From Podarcis erhardii (lineage: Eukaryota), in the NCBI GenBank assembly GCA_964252035.1, contig OZ176204.1: DNA of 64,000 nucleotides, one strand, 5' to 3'. Below the pieces are notes generated by a model that saw only the letters and a list, made by a program, of their open reading frames with translations, was not told the DNA's origin and did no database searches. How positions within the stretch are numbered: position 1 is the stretch's first letter; each line of letters starts with the position of its first letter. Made by a program: the position numbers and the translations under genes. Shown piece by piece: positions 49,485-64,000 of this stretch.

Positions 49485-52400
49485 CACAAGGCTGCATGAC
49501 CAGTCCCGCCCCCCAGCTACCACTAACGGCTATGACATCATTGGGGCAGATGCCTCCTCTTCCTGGTCCAGTTACTTCTATTACTGCACCATTTTATGAT
49601 GCTAGCTTCCGTTGCCAAGTCTGCCTTCCAGCTGACTGAGGGATGGGGGATACCAGTGAGTGCAACTGAACTTCAGGGGCCCATGCCTTTCCTCATCCTT
49701 CCTTCAGAATGAGGGTTCAGTTGGACTGAGGCTCCAAGACTAACAGTTGCAGTTGGGTAGAGAGAACCTTGAGGAACAGCAGTACCGCTTCAGATTGCTC
49801 TGTGTGTTAAATTGCACTGTGTTCATTTGAATTGTTAATTGTGACAGCCCCCTTGATTAAGTAGGAGAGTTCTCCTGGCAGTCTGGGCAACGGAGTGCAA
49901 CAACATATTTTTAGGTTATTTTTAATTTTTTTAACCTCTGATATTTATCTACCATGAGCTGATTAGTCCTTATACACCCCAGGCGAGCAGATGACATGAC
50001 GTGTTACAAGGATGTATGTCAGCAGAGATTCCTCCCTCCTCTTCGCAGAAGATGGCAATTGAAAGGGGAAACAAAATTTACTGCAGATGAAATTTACTGC
50101 GTGCACAAATCCAGGAGGGTTCAGTTCTCACACCTAGCTGCTCTTGGTTTTGACGAAGAAGGAAAGTAGCCCACTAGATAGGACAGTAATGCATAAATGA
50201 AGGTGAACTGTTCTGGGTTATGTTTCGGAGTAGCTTGCGTTTCCTGGTCTACTGGAAGTACAATCTCCCTCTCCTTTGGGGTTTTTCCCTGGGTTTCTAA
50301 CTTGAAATACAAGCAGCATGGTCTGCTGTTGGATTGGGGCTGATATTATTCCCCACAAAGCCATCGTTAAAGCAATTCAAAAAGGACGTGAAAATTGTGT
50401 ATAGGAAACACTCCATGGGACCTGTGTTTAACTGGCAGCAGTTTTATTTAGCATGACCCTGATATCCAGGTAATGAAATACACAGTAAATGTTAGCCTTT
50501 AAGTGGTTATCTAATATAGGTGCCATCGCTGCACTGGTGCTTCAATACTAGATACATATAATTGGAAGTCATTCAGATTGATTTAAAAGTACATAGCCTC
50601 CAGATAAGTGTACTTAGAACTGGAACCTAAGGAATATTTTCAACCCATACCTCCCCAACCCACCCCCGCAAAGTTAACTCACAACCATGTTTAACTATCC
50701 TGTGGATTTTTAAATTGCCCTTCCTATTGTTGCTGAATAGCCGGTACATCAAATCATAACTGGAAAGCTCTTTTTCCCATTCAACTATCCTAATTCTCCT
50801 GTGTGAGTCACTATGTGTTATCATGAATGCAGGCATTCTTAAATGAATCCACAGGGACTATAAAATGGTAGTGCAGGACTTGTGGAAATATTGGTAATCA
50901 GCATTGATAGATTAAAAAAAATACAGGTGGAGAGCACAGCATTATGAGAATTTGATACCTTATATGCAGTATGTGTAAGGACAGTAGCTTTTATGGAAGG
51001 CTTATGGGAAGCCAGGAATTATCTGGGAATTATCTTTTACTGTGGGATGCAAGTTTCCAGATTCTTGGTGAATGAACATTGCCCTGGTGGGGAGGGTGAG
51101 GGGAGATTAATGCCTTCTATCTTGAAGCAAAGCCTCAAAGGCAGACTGAATAGATGTTGGATTACTGGAGAGGTAGACATGAATAGCCCATATGAACTGG
51201 TGAGCAATATTTGCCAGTATCTGGCTTGGTTGCATCTAAGTGAACTGCTGGCTAGAAGAGGGCAATCATATTATCTTCCTGGCAAAAGGACTGATCAGAG
51301 AATCTAGGAAGCCTCCAAATTACTTATTTTTCTACCACTCTTCCTCCTGTCTCAGAAGAAAACCTAACCTTAAAATTTTGCTTGTCAATGAACACATATC
51401 TAGATGGTTATGGGTGGGAATGAGAGAGAGAGAGGAGCTCATATTCCAGATATCTGCAGTACTGCCCCAGCTTTGGTTTTGTATCAGATCATTTGTATGG
51501 ATTACCACTTTTTTCCCTTCTAATGATGATGAAATGTGTTTGAATGTGAAGGGACTGTTTCATGATTTCCTGCTACTGAGAATAAATCAGTCTTCTTACA
51601 AATTAGAGTGATTTGTAGTTAATGTTCCAGGTGCCCTGGACTGATGGGAGATTGTAGATGGGAGAGGAGAGTTCAGCTGTGGTCATGCCATCCATCTCTG
51701 CTCTCAGACAGTATTGAAACATAGGGCTACACTAATTACTATTCAAGTGTTCTACTTTAGAATTTAAATTGTAAAGATTTTTTTAAAAGCAAAAAGGAAA
51801 AAAAAATGGTGCTAATCTTTCACCCCTGAGCACATTCGGTGAGACTGGTCATGCAGGCATATAGTGCCAGGCTATTCGATATTGCTTTTTTTAAAAAAAA
51901 TGTTTGCCCTGTTACGTGTCTTCAACAGTGTATAGTGTTAATTATTTGGTTTCATTTTAATGGGTGTGGGAGTTCAGGAGCCAGGTGGGGACCTTAGTTG
52001 CCATTTTAAAGAACAGACTTTTAGGAGTGACTTGACCTACTTGGTTTAATTTAACCATTTCACTGAAGTAAGCTAAATTGGTTTTGGAGTGAGAGGTGGT
52101 CTCATTCCCTGCCCTTATTTCCATCCAACCACCTAGTCTGTATAAATGGAAATGCCTCTGTTAAAGTTGGGTTGTGGTGTTTTCTTGTACTAAGTGGAAC
52201 AGCAAGCAGGCCATGAAGCACGAAATAGTCCTGAGAAATGGATACATTCAGCATTGGTCTCATAATGGAGTTCAGTTACAGTATCTTTGAACAAGTGTGT
52301 TTGTTGTGTCATTCCTGCAAAATGTATGGGGCAGAATAAGTCGTCTGCAGAAGATGACACTATATCTGGCTCATACATAGCAGTGATGCACCAAGATGAG

Positions 52401-53146
52401 CCAACACTGATATTTGAGTGATGTGGGAACCAACAAAATAGCTAAAAGAGAACCGCCTGTTCTGCAGCCGTAACCAGTTGTATTTTTCAGCTGATTAGTG
52501 AGTAGCAGGATTGTATAAAGACCTTAGCAATAGTCTTCTGGTCTGATTGGGAACTGGCTCATCCTTAGCTACAAGTAAGTGCCTTTTGGTCTAGATGGGT
52601 TTATTTCAAGACAACTGTAGTTGGGAATCTTCCTTGCTGCAGCCATGTATCTTTAGTGCATGGTTTTTGTTTTTGTTTTTTCTCTCCAGCAGATAATGTC
52701 TTTCATCACTGGAGTCTCACTGTTCCCCCCACCCCTTTTCATAATGACAACGAGCCTATCTTGATAGAGGCATTTTGGTCAGAAAGATTTTATGGTCAGA
52801 ATATCAGATCAGCAGAAAACTGCACCTGAAGACCATAAAGGCGAAGTAATCTGTACATTTCAACCAAAATTTTAAGTTTTGCACATAATTGTTTTCCCCG
52901 ATTCATTGTTAACATTGCAGTCTTCATTGACTGAGTGCTGTTTTGTTTGATTTCTAGCACCAAAATGAGTGACATTTTGGGGTTGTTACTTTTCTTTTCT
53001 TTTTCCTTTAAAAGCAAGGAATTTCTTTTGACCTTCAATGCAGAGATGTCAGACCAATTCTTTGTTATTACACTTGGTTGCCTCCTAGCTATATAACTTC
53101 TGGGTGTAAATCATTGAACTTTACCCTCTAATGAAGTATTGTAGAA

Positions 53147-53152
53147 AATAAA
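53147..53152 (+). terminator. Candidate AMMECR1L polyadenylation signal (3' UTR about 3.7 kb)
   Basis: AATAAA followed by U/GU-rich sequence. A second ATTAAA lies at 53278. Confidence 0.5.
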
Positions 53153-55071
53153 TTGTAATGGATACATTTTTATCTTGTTCCTCTTTTATTGGTGTCTTTG
53201 TCGATTTTGACTTTTCACATTACAATCTAATACCAATAATTCATTTTGTGTTGTTTCTTTTTTATCCTACAAGGAAAATTAAAGTTGAAAGGCAAGCAGT
53301 GTGGATTCTTTAACAAAATTAGGAAATGCTCAGAAGTAACGAGATTGGAACTTGTATTTTTTTTTTTTTAAATTAAAACTTTCATGCTTATCTGGTTGTG
53401 GTGAACTGCCTGTTCTCATTAGTTTGAAGATAAAAAGTGATTTCAGGGTGGTCGTTTTGAAATTGACATTCACCAAAATTATGTATGCAAAGTGCTTTAA
53501 AAGCACAGCTGCAACATAAATGCTGAGAAAGGGTTTACAGTTCTGTATCACTTAGATTATGCATAGCAATAGTCTTAACTCAATATATCTGTAAAAAAAG
53601 AAAGCTGAGCCTGTCAGACTCATAGGTAGCAAGTACTTCCTTTGTGTTTTGGTAAAGAATGCCAGCAACAGTCCCAGATCAACTTCAGTTGATAATACCA
53701 ACCCAAAAATCCCAACAGGAAAAGACTATTGTGATTTTATGCCAATTAAGTGTTAAGCGGTTCTTTCTTGCTTGAGGGTGTTTGGCCTGAAGACAAGTAC
53801 CACTAACCTGTCCTGATGTGTAGAATGAGCAGTAATGTTTCTAATGGAAGGATACATTCTGCTTTACTGCTGCTGCATTGATTTGGAATCAAACATTCTC
53901 TAATAAATAGATTATTCTATCCCTTAAAGCACTTAATCTTATAAGACAATTGGATTCTACTTGGGCAAGCTCTGGAAAGTTTTGTTTTTCAAAACTAGTA
54001 AAGTTCTGAAAGTATGGTGTTTTGTGATCTGAGTGTCCACCTTCCCCAGTGCCATGAATGAACAAGGTAAAATGTTAAAAGTGAGTAAAGAGTGTTTCAT
54101 CAAGCTGCTAGTCAAAATTCTTTGAATCTAATTTCTCATCATAAGCTACAATATATATTTGGGACCTGTGATTTACGTTACTTTTGCTTCAAACACAGAC
54201 CTGGATAAGCCAGCAAGAGACAAAATACAGTATTATCTAATATCTAATATCTATTGTTCACAATGCGAATGACCCATTGGCTTCAGTGCCTCAGAGTTAC
54301 CATGCAGAATTTGAGCCTGGTTATTGCTGGGGTGGTCATGGCTATTGCAGAAAGACTCCTCATTTATGTGTGACTCTTGGATAACAGAGAACATTTGTGA
54401 ATTCACATAAATAAAATGTGAATTCTGGCTTGTATCAATTGATAGCTGAATTTAAACCTCTCGAGCACATTGCGTGCATGAGACACAATATCCAGTGCAC
54501 AGGGCTATTGATGATACTATTTTAATGCACATTTGACCAACAGACCTATTCTATATATGTTTACTCAGAAGTTAGTTCCACTGGTTTTTAAAGTGGGCTT
54601 ATTTCCAAGTAGGGCTGGAACAATAGGGTACTCATAATGCAAACCTAAACATCCTAAGGATTGAGTCCCACTGAACACATTGGGAGTTACTTCTGAGTAA
54701 AAATGTTTAGGATTGTCAGAATTACTTCCCGACCCTTTGCTTGTTTAAGTAATCATATAAATATGCATGCTCTTGGAAATTGTAATGCATCATGCTTTCC
54801 TGAACTCAATGTTATTACAGGTGCACACTTGCTCAAAGGCTGCAATCCTAACCCACTTACCTGGGAGTAAGCCCCAATGAAATCAGTGGCACTTCTCAGC
54901 AGATATGGTTCGTTAGGAGTGGGATTTAAATGGAAGAATTGACATCTGGGGGGGAATTACCAAAAGGTGGCACTTGGCACTTTGTACTGGATCTTAGGCA
55001 AATAGGTGCTTTCGTTTTTTAAAAAAAGCTCAACAACTTTTGGAGTGTCCTGGTAACCCTACCTATTGTTG

Positions 55072-55100
55072 CCTTTACCTTTACCTTTACCTTTTTACCT
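55072..55100 (+). repeat. (ACCTTT)n Sauria SINE/Bov-B-type tail
   Basis: cctttacctttacctttacctttttacc. A similar short tail lies near 61984-62002. Confidence 0.6.
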
Positions 55101-56449
55101 ATTAGTGACTCCTTCCACTCCCATTCAGAGGGAATTGTGAGTTAAACTCCTTAGGGTTATATTAACAACGTGAATAAGTTTCTGCTCAATGAGGTGCATG
55201 CTCACTTGGGTTTTTTTCTCTCTTATCAATGGGTAATGCAGAGAGTGAAATGTGTTTGCCACTTGTCCATTTTTCACCTGGACAGCATGAAAATTGCAGA
55301 TCAATATTTGACGTCTAATGGGTGCCTTGGCTGCAAAAGGCAGTTGGGTTAGGGCAGGGCTTTCCCTTCTCTGCAGTCACTTTAGCAGCAGTGGTACTGC
55401 TCAGTTCCAGTGGCGTAGTTAGAGAAGGAGAAACAATTGGTTAGGGCAAGGTTTGGGTCTTGACTGTCACTTGGATGCACCAGGGCCTGTGGTTCACGCA
55501 GCTCTGCTTGCTGGCCTAGAAGTATTGAGGGGAGAACCCCTTCGCCCGTATGCGCCCTAAGCGAATCAGTTGCAAACGAAGGAAGGTGAGCTTGAAGCAG
55601 ACAGGGGGGACCCACAACAAACAGGGACCCTTCCAATGCCACATTCTCCCTCTTGCCATCCTCCTGGCCTACCTGCGGGTTCTGAACCGGCTCCCTGCCA
55701 GCTAGGTAGTTTTGAGGAGGGATGGGGGCCGTGAGCACACAACACGCCCCATATTGCAGGACTCTAACCCCTGACTATCGGCCATGGCGGCTGCGCTTGA
55801 GGGGAGTGCAGTCCGATACCTCGAGGGCTGCTTATTACCCGTCGCGGTTTTAAGCGCCTTTGGGGGGGCTGCCCCATTTCCTAGCCTGCAGACTTTGGGT
55901 ACTCCAGACGCTTCAGCGGGGTTTCAGCTCTGCGTTGCTTCCTGGCCTAGAAACCTGCTTCCCTTGTGAGGAGCACTAAATATATACAGTTTTTAAAAAT
56001 AATAATTATGAGGGTGGGCGATCGGGCGTTGTCTGTCGGGTCTGGATTCATTTACTGACAGGATCTTGCTAACAATCGCGGGAGCCGTGTAAACCCCACT
56101 AGATTCACGCGTCGCAATCCTGAACACACTTGCTGGGGAGTAAGCCGTTCTGAACGTGATGGCATTTACTTCGGAGTAAGGGGGTCCAGGACAACGGCGC
56201 GAGCGGGCGCTTTGAGGCCTTGCGACCCTATCGCTCTCCTCCGCGAAGCTGCTCCGGAGAGAGAGCACACCGTGTTCAATAGAGCTCGACACACTTTCCC
56301 CCCTTTCTCTTTCCTTCAGCACAAGCCGAGGCGGCATCGGGGCCGGCTCTTTCCCCGCCAGAGGGCGGCGTCGCGGGCACCTGCTCAGGCCTCCTTCCTT
56401 CCATTTCCGGCCGGCCGAGCGCTTCGGGTTTCCGGGGCTGGCTGAGGCG

Positions 56450-59607
<3,158 letters not shown>

Positions 59608-60067
59608 AAGGAACAACCAGACCCTCCAAACTCTGAACATGGAAAAAGAGAAATCTAAGAATGTTCATTTGTTTCTATACATCTTTGGACCAGTCCTGAC
59701 TATCTCTCAGTAGAAAAGAGAAGCTGATGTAGGGTGATGACATGCTTTTAAAAAGGGTTTCTTAGCTCTTTGGACTTGTTGAATGTTGAGAGAGTTGGCA
59801 AGATTAATGTGGCATGAGCCACAGAACTCTGAAAAGTTTGCCTTGATTAGTTTAATATTTGTTTCCAAACTTTGTCTTCCTCCTGGGAATATACAAAATG
59901 TTTATGGGGCAGACAGAATGAACATACGTGACCCAAGATAGGAGCAACTTTTCCTATTATATTTTGAGAATTGTAATAGTAGAATCAGGATAGATAAATT
60001 TGTGTGGTTTTTTGATCAAAAGCCTGAGTTTTTCTTTTCAACAATAATTTTGTACAATTGTTTGTGA

Positions 60068-60073
60068 ATTAAA
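60068..60073 (+). terminator. Candidate POLR2D polyadenylation signal
   Basis: ATTAAA preceded by TGTA (CFIm-type motif), about 460 nt after the stop codon. Confidence 0.55.
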
Positions 60074-62539
60074 GTATAGTATTTCTAATGAGGGGTCTGT
60101 GATTTGTGAATGTTCTCATCCACTCATTGTTTATACAAAAGTCCTGTTGTCTTGAGGAAATACTCTGCAAGGGGTGGATGAACACAAGGAGCTGAAGGAA
60201 TTTGTTGGATTATTAAACTGCATATAATATTTTTGCTGTATGTTGGTAAATTGATGTAAAGTTATGTATTGCATACATACGTTGCTATAAACAATAATTG
60301 CACATACAATGTATGTATGTCGGAGAGAGAAAAAAATAATACTTTTGTGTTTTGGGAAGTGTGACTGGAAATGTCAAACTGGGTGAATGAGCTACCATAA
60401 GCAGCACTTCTTAGTTTTGTAGTGTGAAAGGAAACTGCTGGCAGAACCATGGGGCTCATAAAGGTAGAAACATGATCCATGCCCTACACTTAGGCGGAAA
60501 TGCACTAATGCTACAGAAATTGCATGTTACAATACGTCAGTCAGCTGTCATAAATGATAAGATGTCCCTCATCCAGCTGGCAACAGTGACTAAGGAATGA
60601 ATCGGCTTACTCCATTCCTTCCACCTGCAGAATCACTTCTAATGTTATTTATTAACAGCATTTATATGCCACCCAATAACAGTAGCCTACAAGCATTAAA
60701 ACATTAAAATACAGCAATAAGCTGTTAAAGGTTTGCTGAACTAGTCTCTTTACTTAAACCTGACCAAGTGAATAAAACAGGCAAAAGTCAGGAGTCATAA
60801 CCTCAGCATTTAGTAAAAAATATCAGTGTACAGAAGCAAACAAGTTGAAGCAATCTGATACATCTTGATTAGATTTTTCTTTCTGCTAGACAGTAACCAA
60901 TAATCATCACTCACAAGCTGCAGCAGTGGAATGATTACATTGGAAAAGCTTATATATGAAACCACTTGTTTTTGTACCAAAAACCTAGCATTTAATTTGT
61001 CAAGGAGTGTCAAGATTTTTTTTAAAAAGACGTAAAACCTTGTAAAATTCGGTCAGATGTCAATCCACTGAGAATCACATTGAATTCCCCCCACCCCCCG
61101 GTTGAATCTTGCTTGAAAACTACTCATGCAATACCACCAGTCATAACATCTTCCATAAGCTTTTTATCTTGTGCCTGAAATATTTAAGGTTGTGGGTTTT
61201 TTGTGGGGGGGCTGCCCAATTGTTCTGCATAATGATTTGTAAACATAAAATCCTAAACTTCTTGGATTCTACCTTTTCCACATCTCTTAGTAAAAGTTGG
61301 GGGGGGGGAATAAACCCTCTGGGCTATTCCAATGCAAATATTAAACTAAATTTGGGGAATGAGAGCTACTTTATACCACACTTCTAGTGGCCAGATTCTT
61401 TTGCCCTTTTGGAGATGCTTCCTATTCCCTTAGTTCCCTTTCCAAATTGTGTGTTGTGACACATTAGTGTGCCAGCTGGAGTGTGTAGGTGTGTCCCTAT
61501 ACATTTCATTATTAATGTATGTTTCCGTATCTCTTATAAGGGGTTAGTTTAACCTCCGGTTTGCTAGTAAAACTGAATTACTGTGTCACAAAATGATGCT
61601 TGTATAAAAAGTGTGTCACCAACATGAAAAGTTTGGAAAGCTCTGCATTAGTTCCCAGCCATACCAAGCTGAGGCTTTTAAATTGTCTTGTGCAGAAGCT
61701 ATTACCAACTGAGAGTAGGAAGCACATCTTTTTACTGCCATGGAAAGCAGGGATTGCGTAGTTTTACTTTGAGTGCAATAGAAGACAAACCAAGGGCTGG
61801 TGTAGATTTGTGCTCGTTACTGGAGCATATATAAGGGATACAAAGAGACTTAGGATGTGGCAACCTTGCACCGCCCTGTCTCCATTGGCAAGACACACCA
61901 AGTTTCCATGAGCAGTGTGGTCTTGATACTTCACCTCCATTTGCACTGGCTACCTATGGCCCTTTAAGCTGTTTTGTTAGGGTTACCTTTACCTTTTTAC
62001 CTGTTATGGTTAGGATTGGATCCTTAACCCCCTAGTTTTTATCTGCTGCAGAAAATTGTGCAAATTGGCCTTCCTTCCCATCTTGTATTTTTACCTCCCA
62101 AACCTATGGAATTATTAGGCTTGCCTAAGTCTACTGACTGCATTAGAGATGATAGAAAACCATTGAGGTATTATCTTGATTTCTTGCGATGATTGAGATA
62201 ACGCATTAATTCATTCTTCGTAAACTACTTTGCAGGCTTTTTTTATTGCACCATACAACCCTCTCCTCTTTAAAAACCGCTTTATGTTTGCTTTCTCTCT
62301 TCTCTCTGCACCCCCCAATCTTGGTTTTTCCTGCCAGGACATCAAGGGAGGGGGGCCTGTGCTCGGTCAGGTGTCATTGGGCTCCAACTTCCACCATCCC
62401 TGGCCATTGTCCATGCTGGCTGGGGCTGGAACCCTCCTTTTCTCATTCCTCTTCTGGACTATAATCAGCACATACATAATCCTTCTAAAAGTCAAAGAAT
62501 CACCACTATTTGGAGACCTTTTGGGAAGTCTAATAAGGG

Positions 62540-63310
62540 TTTAAGCTGCCGCTCCGGCTCCCCGGCCTACTTTCCATGGTAAGCCCTTCCCTTTCCACCA
62601 CAGCAGCCGGAAACCCGTCTCAAGAAGATGTCGTCACTTATTCAGAAGAGGCACGCGCATGCTCAGCGCCTTTGCTCTCCTCCCTCCCTTTGGCTGGCCC
62701 CTCACACGCGCGCGCGCGATGACGTCGTTCATGTGCACCGCCTCCGGTCGCTGGTGGGGAAGATGGCGGATGGTGGCGACGGCTCGTGAGGCAGCAGCTT
62801 CCGGGATAGGCGAGCTCTAGGTTTTTGGGCCCCGCGTACGGGGCTCTGTGAGCGGCTGCTTTGTGAGTTTTTCTCCTTGAGGCGATTGGTGGTGGGGAGG
62901 CGGGGGTGCGGGAGGGAAGGAACCCCGGCGACCCGGAAGACCGCCGCGGCTTCCGCCATCTTTAGGCCGCGAGAGGTGCCGCTGTTACGCTATTGGCGGC
63001 GGAGGGGGCCTGTGGCTGAAAGCCGGGGTAGGAGGAGGACGTTGTGAGGAGAGCGGGAGAAAGGCCGGCGTGGGGTTAGGAGCGAAAGTTTCAAAAGAGC
63101 CGCAAAGTCTTCAGTCGAAGCCCGGTAGGGGAAAGCCGACCATCCATCTGCCCTGCTGTTTCGGGCGCAATAAGTAATTTCGGCCTCGCCCTAAGATCCA
63201 CAAGAGTAGCTGAAGAGTGCCTTGGGTGCAGGGTAGCAGCTGTGTGGGGGATCGGCGCTTTGGGATCTTTTCCACCCAGAGCGCACCTCAGCCACTCACT
63301 CGCTAGGTGT
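62540..63310. promoter_or_regulatory. CpG island / promoter of the next gene (probably WDR33)
   Basis: NRF1-like GCGCATGC, a (CG)n run, CRE-like TGACGTCG, ETS CCGGAA, and YY1-type AAGATGGCGG in both orientations (62760 plus, 62954-62963 minus). Confidence 0.8.
62730..62862 (+). other. WDR33: Probable non-coding first exon of WDR33 (start approximate; coding exons lie beyond the window)
   Basis: Donor TTT|GTGAGT at 62862/62863 in the CpG island. Identity is inferred only from the conserved SAP130-AMMECR1L-POLR2D-WDR33 order. Confidence 0.5.
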
Positions 63311-63420
63311 CCCTAAGATCAATGCCGCCTTACCAACCTCATCTCGTTTGCAAAGGAGGGGTGTGTGTGATTATGATAGGCCACCTTACAGGGGTGTTGT
63401 AAGGGCCAATCACTTGTAGA
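63190..63420 (+). mobile_element. Decayed MIR/CORE-type SINE
   Basis: ctcatctcgtttgcaaagg...gataggccaccttacaggggtgttgtaagg resembles the MIR core 3' part. Confidence 0.45.
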
Positions 63421-64000
63421 TGTGTAGGACGCTTTAGGGACCTAACGTATGCTAGGTAGATTATAAATACAAGCTTCATATAATTATTTTGGAGTGTAAC
63501 TTCTTGGTGTACAAACATGCAGGGTTTCAAGTAGCATTCGATTTAAGCAAAATAAGTAGCACCTATAACTGTAAGAACAAGGTCAGGCTGTGTTCCTGAG
63601 TGCACTATTTGGCAGAAGCTCAAATGAGTACAATGGGACCTAATTTGAATAAGCATGCATAGGATTGCGCTGTTGCTGTCAGTTGTTAGTTTAAGAGCCG
63701 ATAAGATGTATTAACAATGCAAACATATTAGATATATATTTCCATTGTGCAGGAATCTTATGAATATGTTAGGAAAGACTAATACTTTTGCATTTTTAAA
63801 ATGTTAGAACAGCATATGCACTGAGAAATTCAATGCAAGTTCCAGAAATTGGTTAGGATCAGATTTTTTACCAGTTACACTCTTACGTTGAATAAGTACT
63901 TGCTAATTTATTTTATCAAGAAGTCATGATTCCACAATTTTCAAAAATACTCACTGTGTGAGTAGGGCCAGTGTGTGAGTAGGATCATGCTCAGACAACA

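Noticed and set aside
50627-50836. Minus-strand 69-aa ORF faintly like a LINE ORF2 C-terminus
   Set aside because: Similarity too weak to call, and it lies within the AMMECR1L 3' UTR.
51520-51580. TGATGA...CTGA pairs suggesting C/D snoRNAs (also near 18011 and 40580)
   Set aside because: Spacing too short or D box missing, no terminal stems, and one lies in a 3' UTR.

Overview
Vertebrate genomic DNA, almost certainly a squamate reptile and probably a lacertid lizard (a full-length Sauria SINE with an (ACCTTT)n tail plus typical squamate MITEs). It holds the conserved amniote block UGGT1 (minus strand, 5' end only) <-> SAP130 -> AMMECR1L -> POLR2D -> probable WDR33 first exon. I traced the exons by hand. 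They join in frame to give SAP130 (1056 aa, 20 coding exons, one GC-AG intron), AMMECR1L (310 aa, 6 coding exons), POLR2D (140 aa, 4 exons) and the first two coding exons of UGGT1. Five CpG islands mark the promoters. A sixth CpG-rich island, in an AMMECR1L intron, is a young hAT insertion with GC-rich cargo. Most entries in the supplied ORF track are spurious or are exon-plus-intron read-throughs. I found no clearly new multi-gene system. The best leads are a possible Pack-like hAT next to a CR1-derived in-frame ATG in AMMECR1L, alternative open frames across the AMMECR1L stop, MITEs carrying ZNF143/THAP11-type motifs, and unusual 5' leaders of SAP130, UGGT1 and WDR33. Gene identities come from my recall of the human proteins and synteny; no database search was run.
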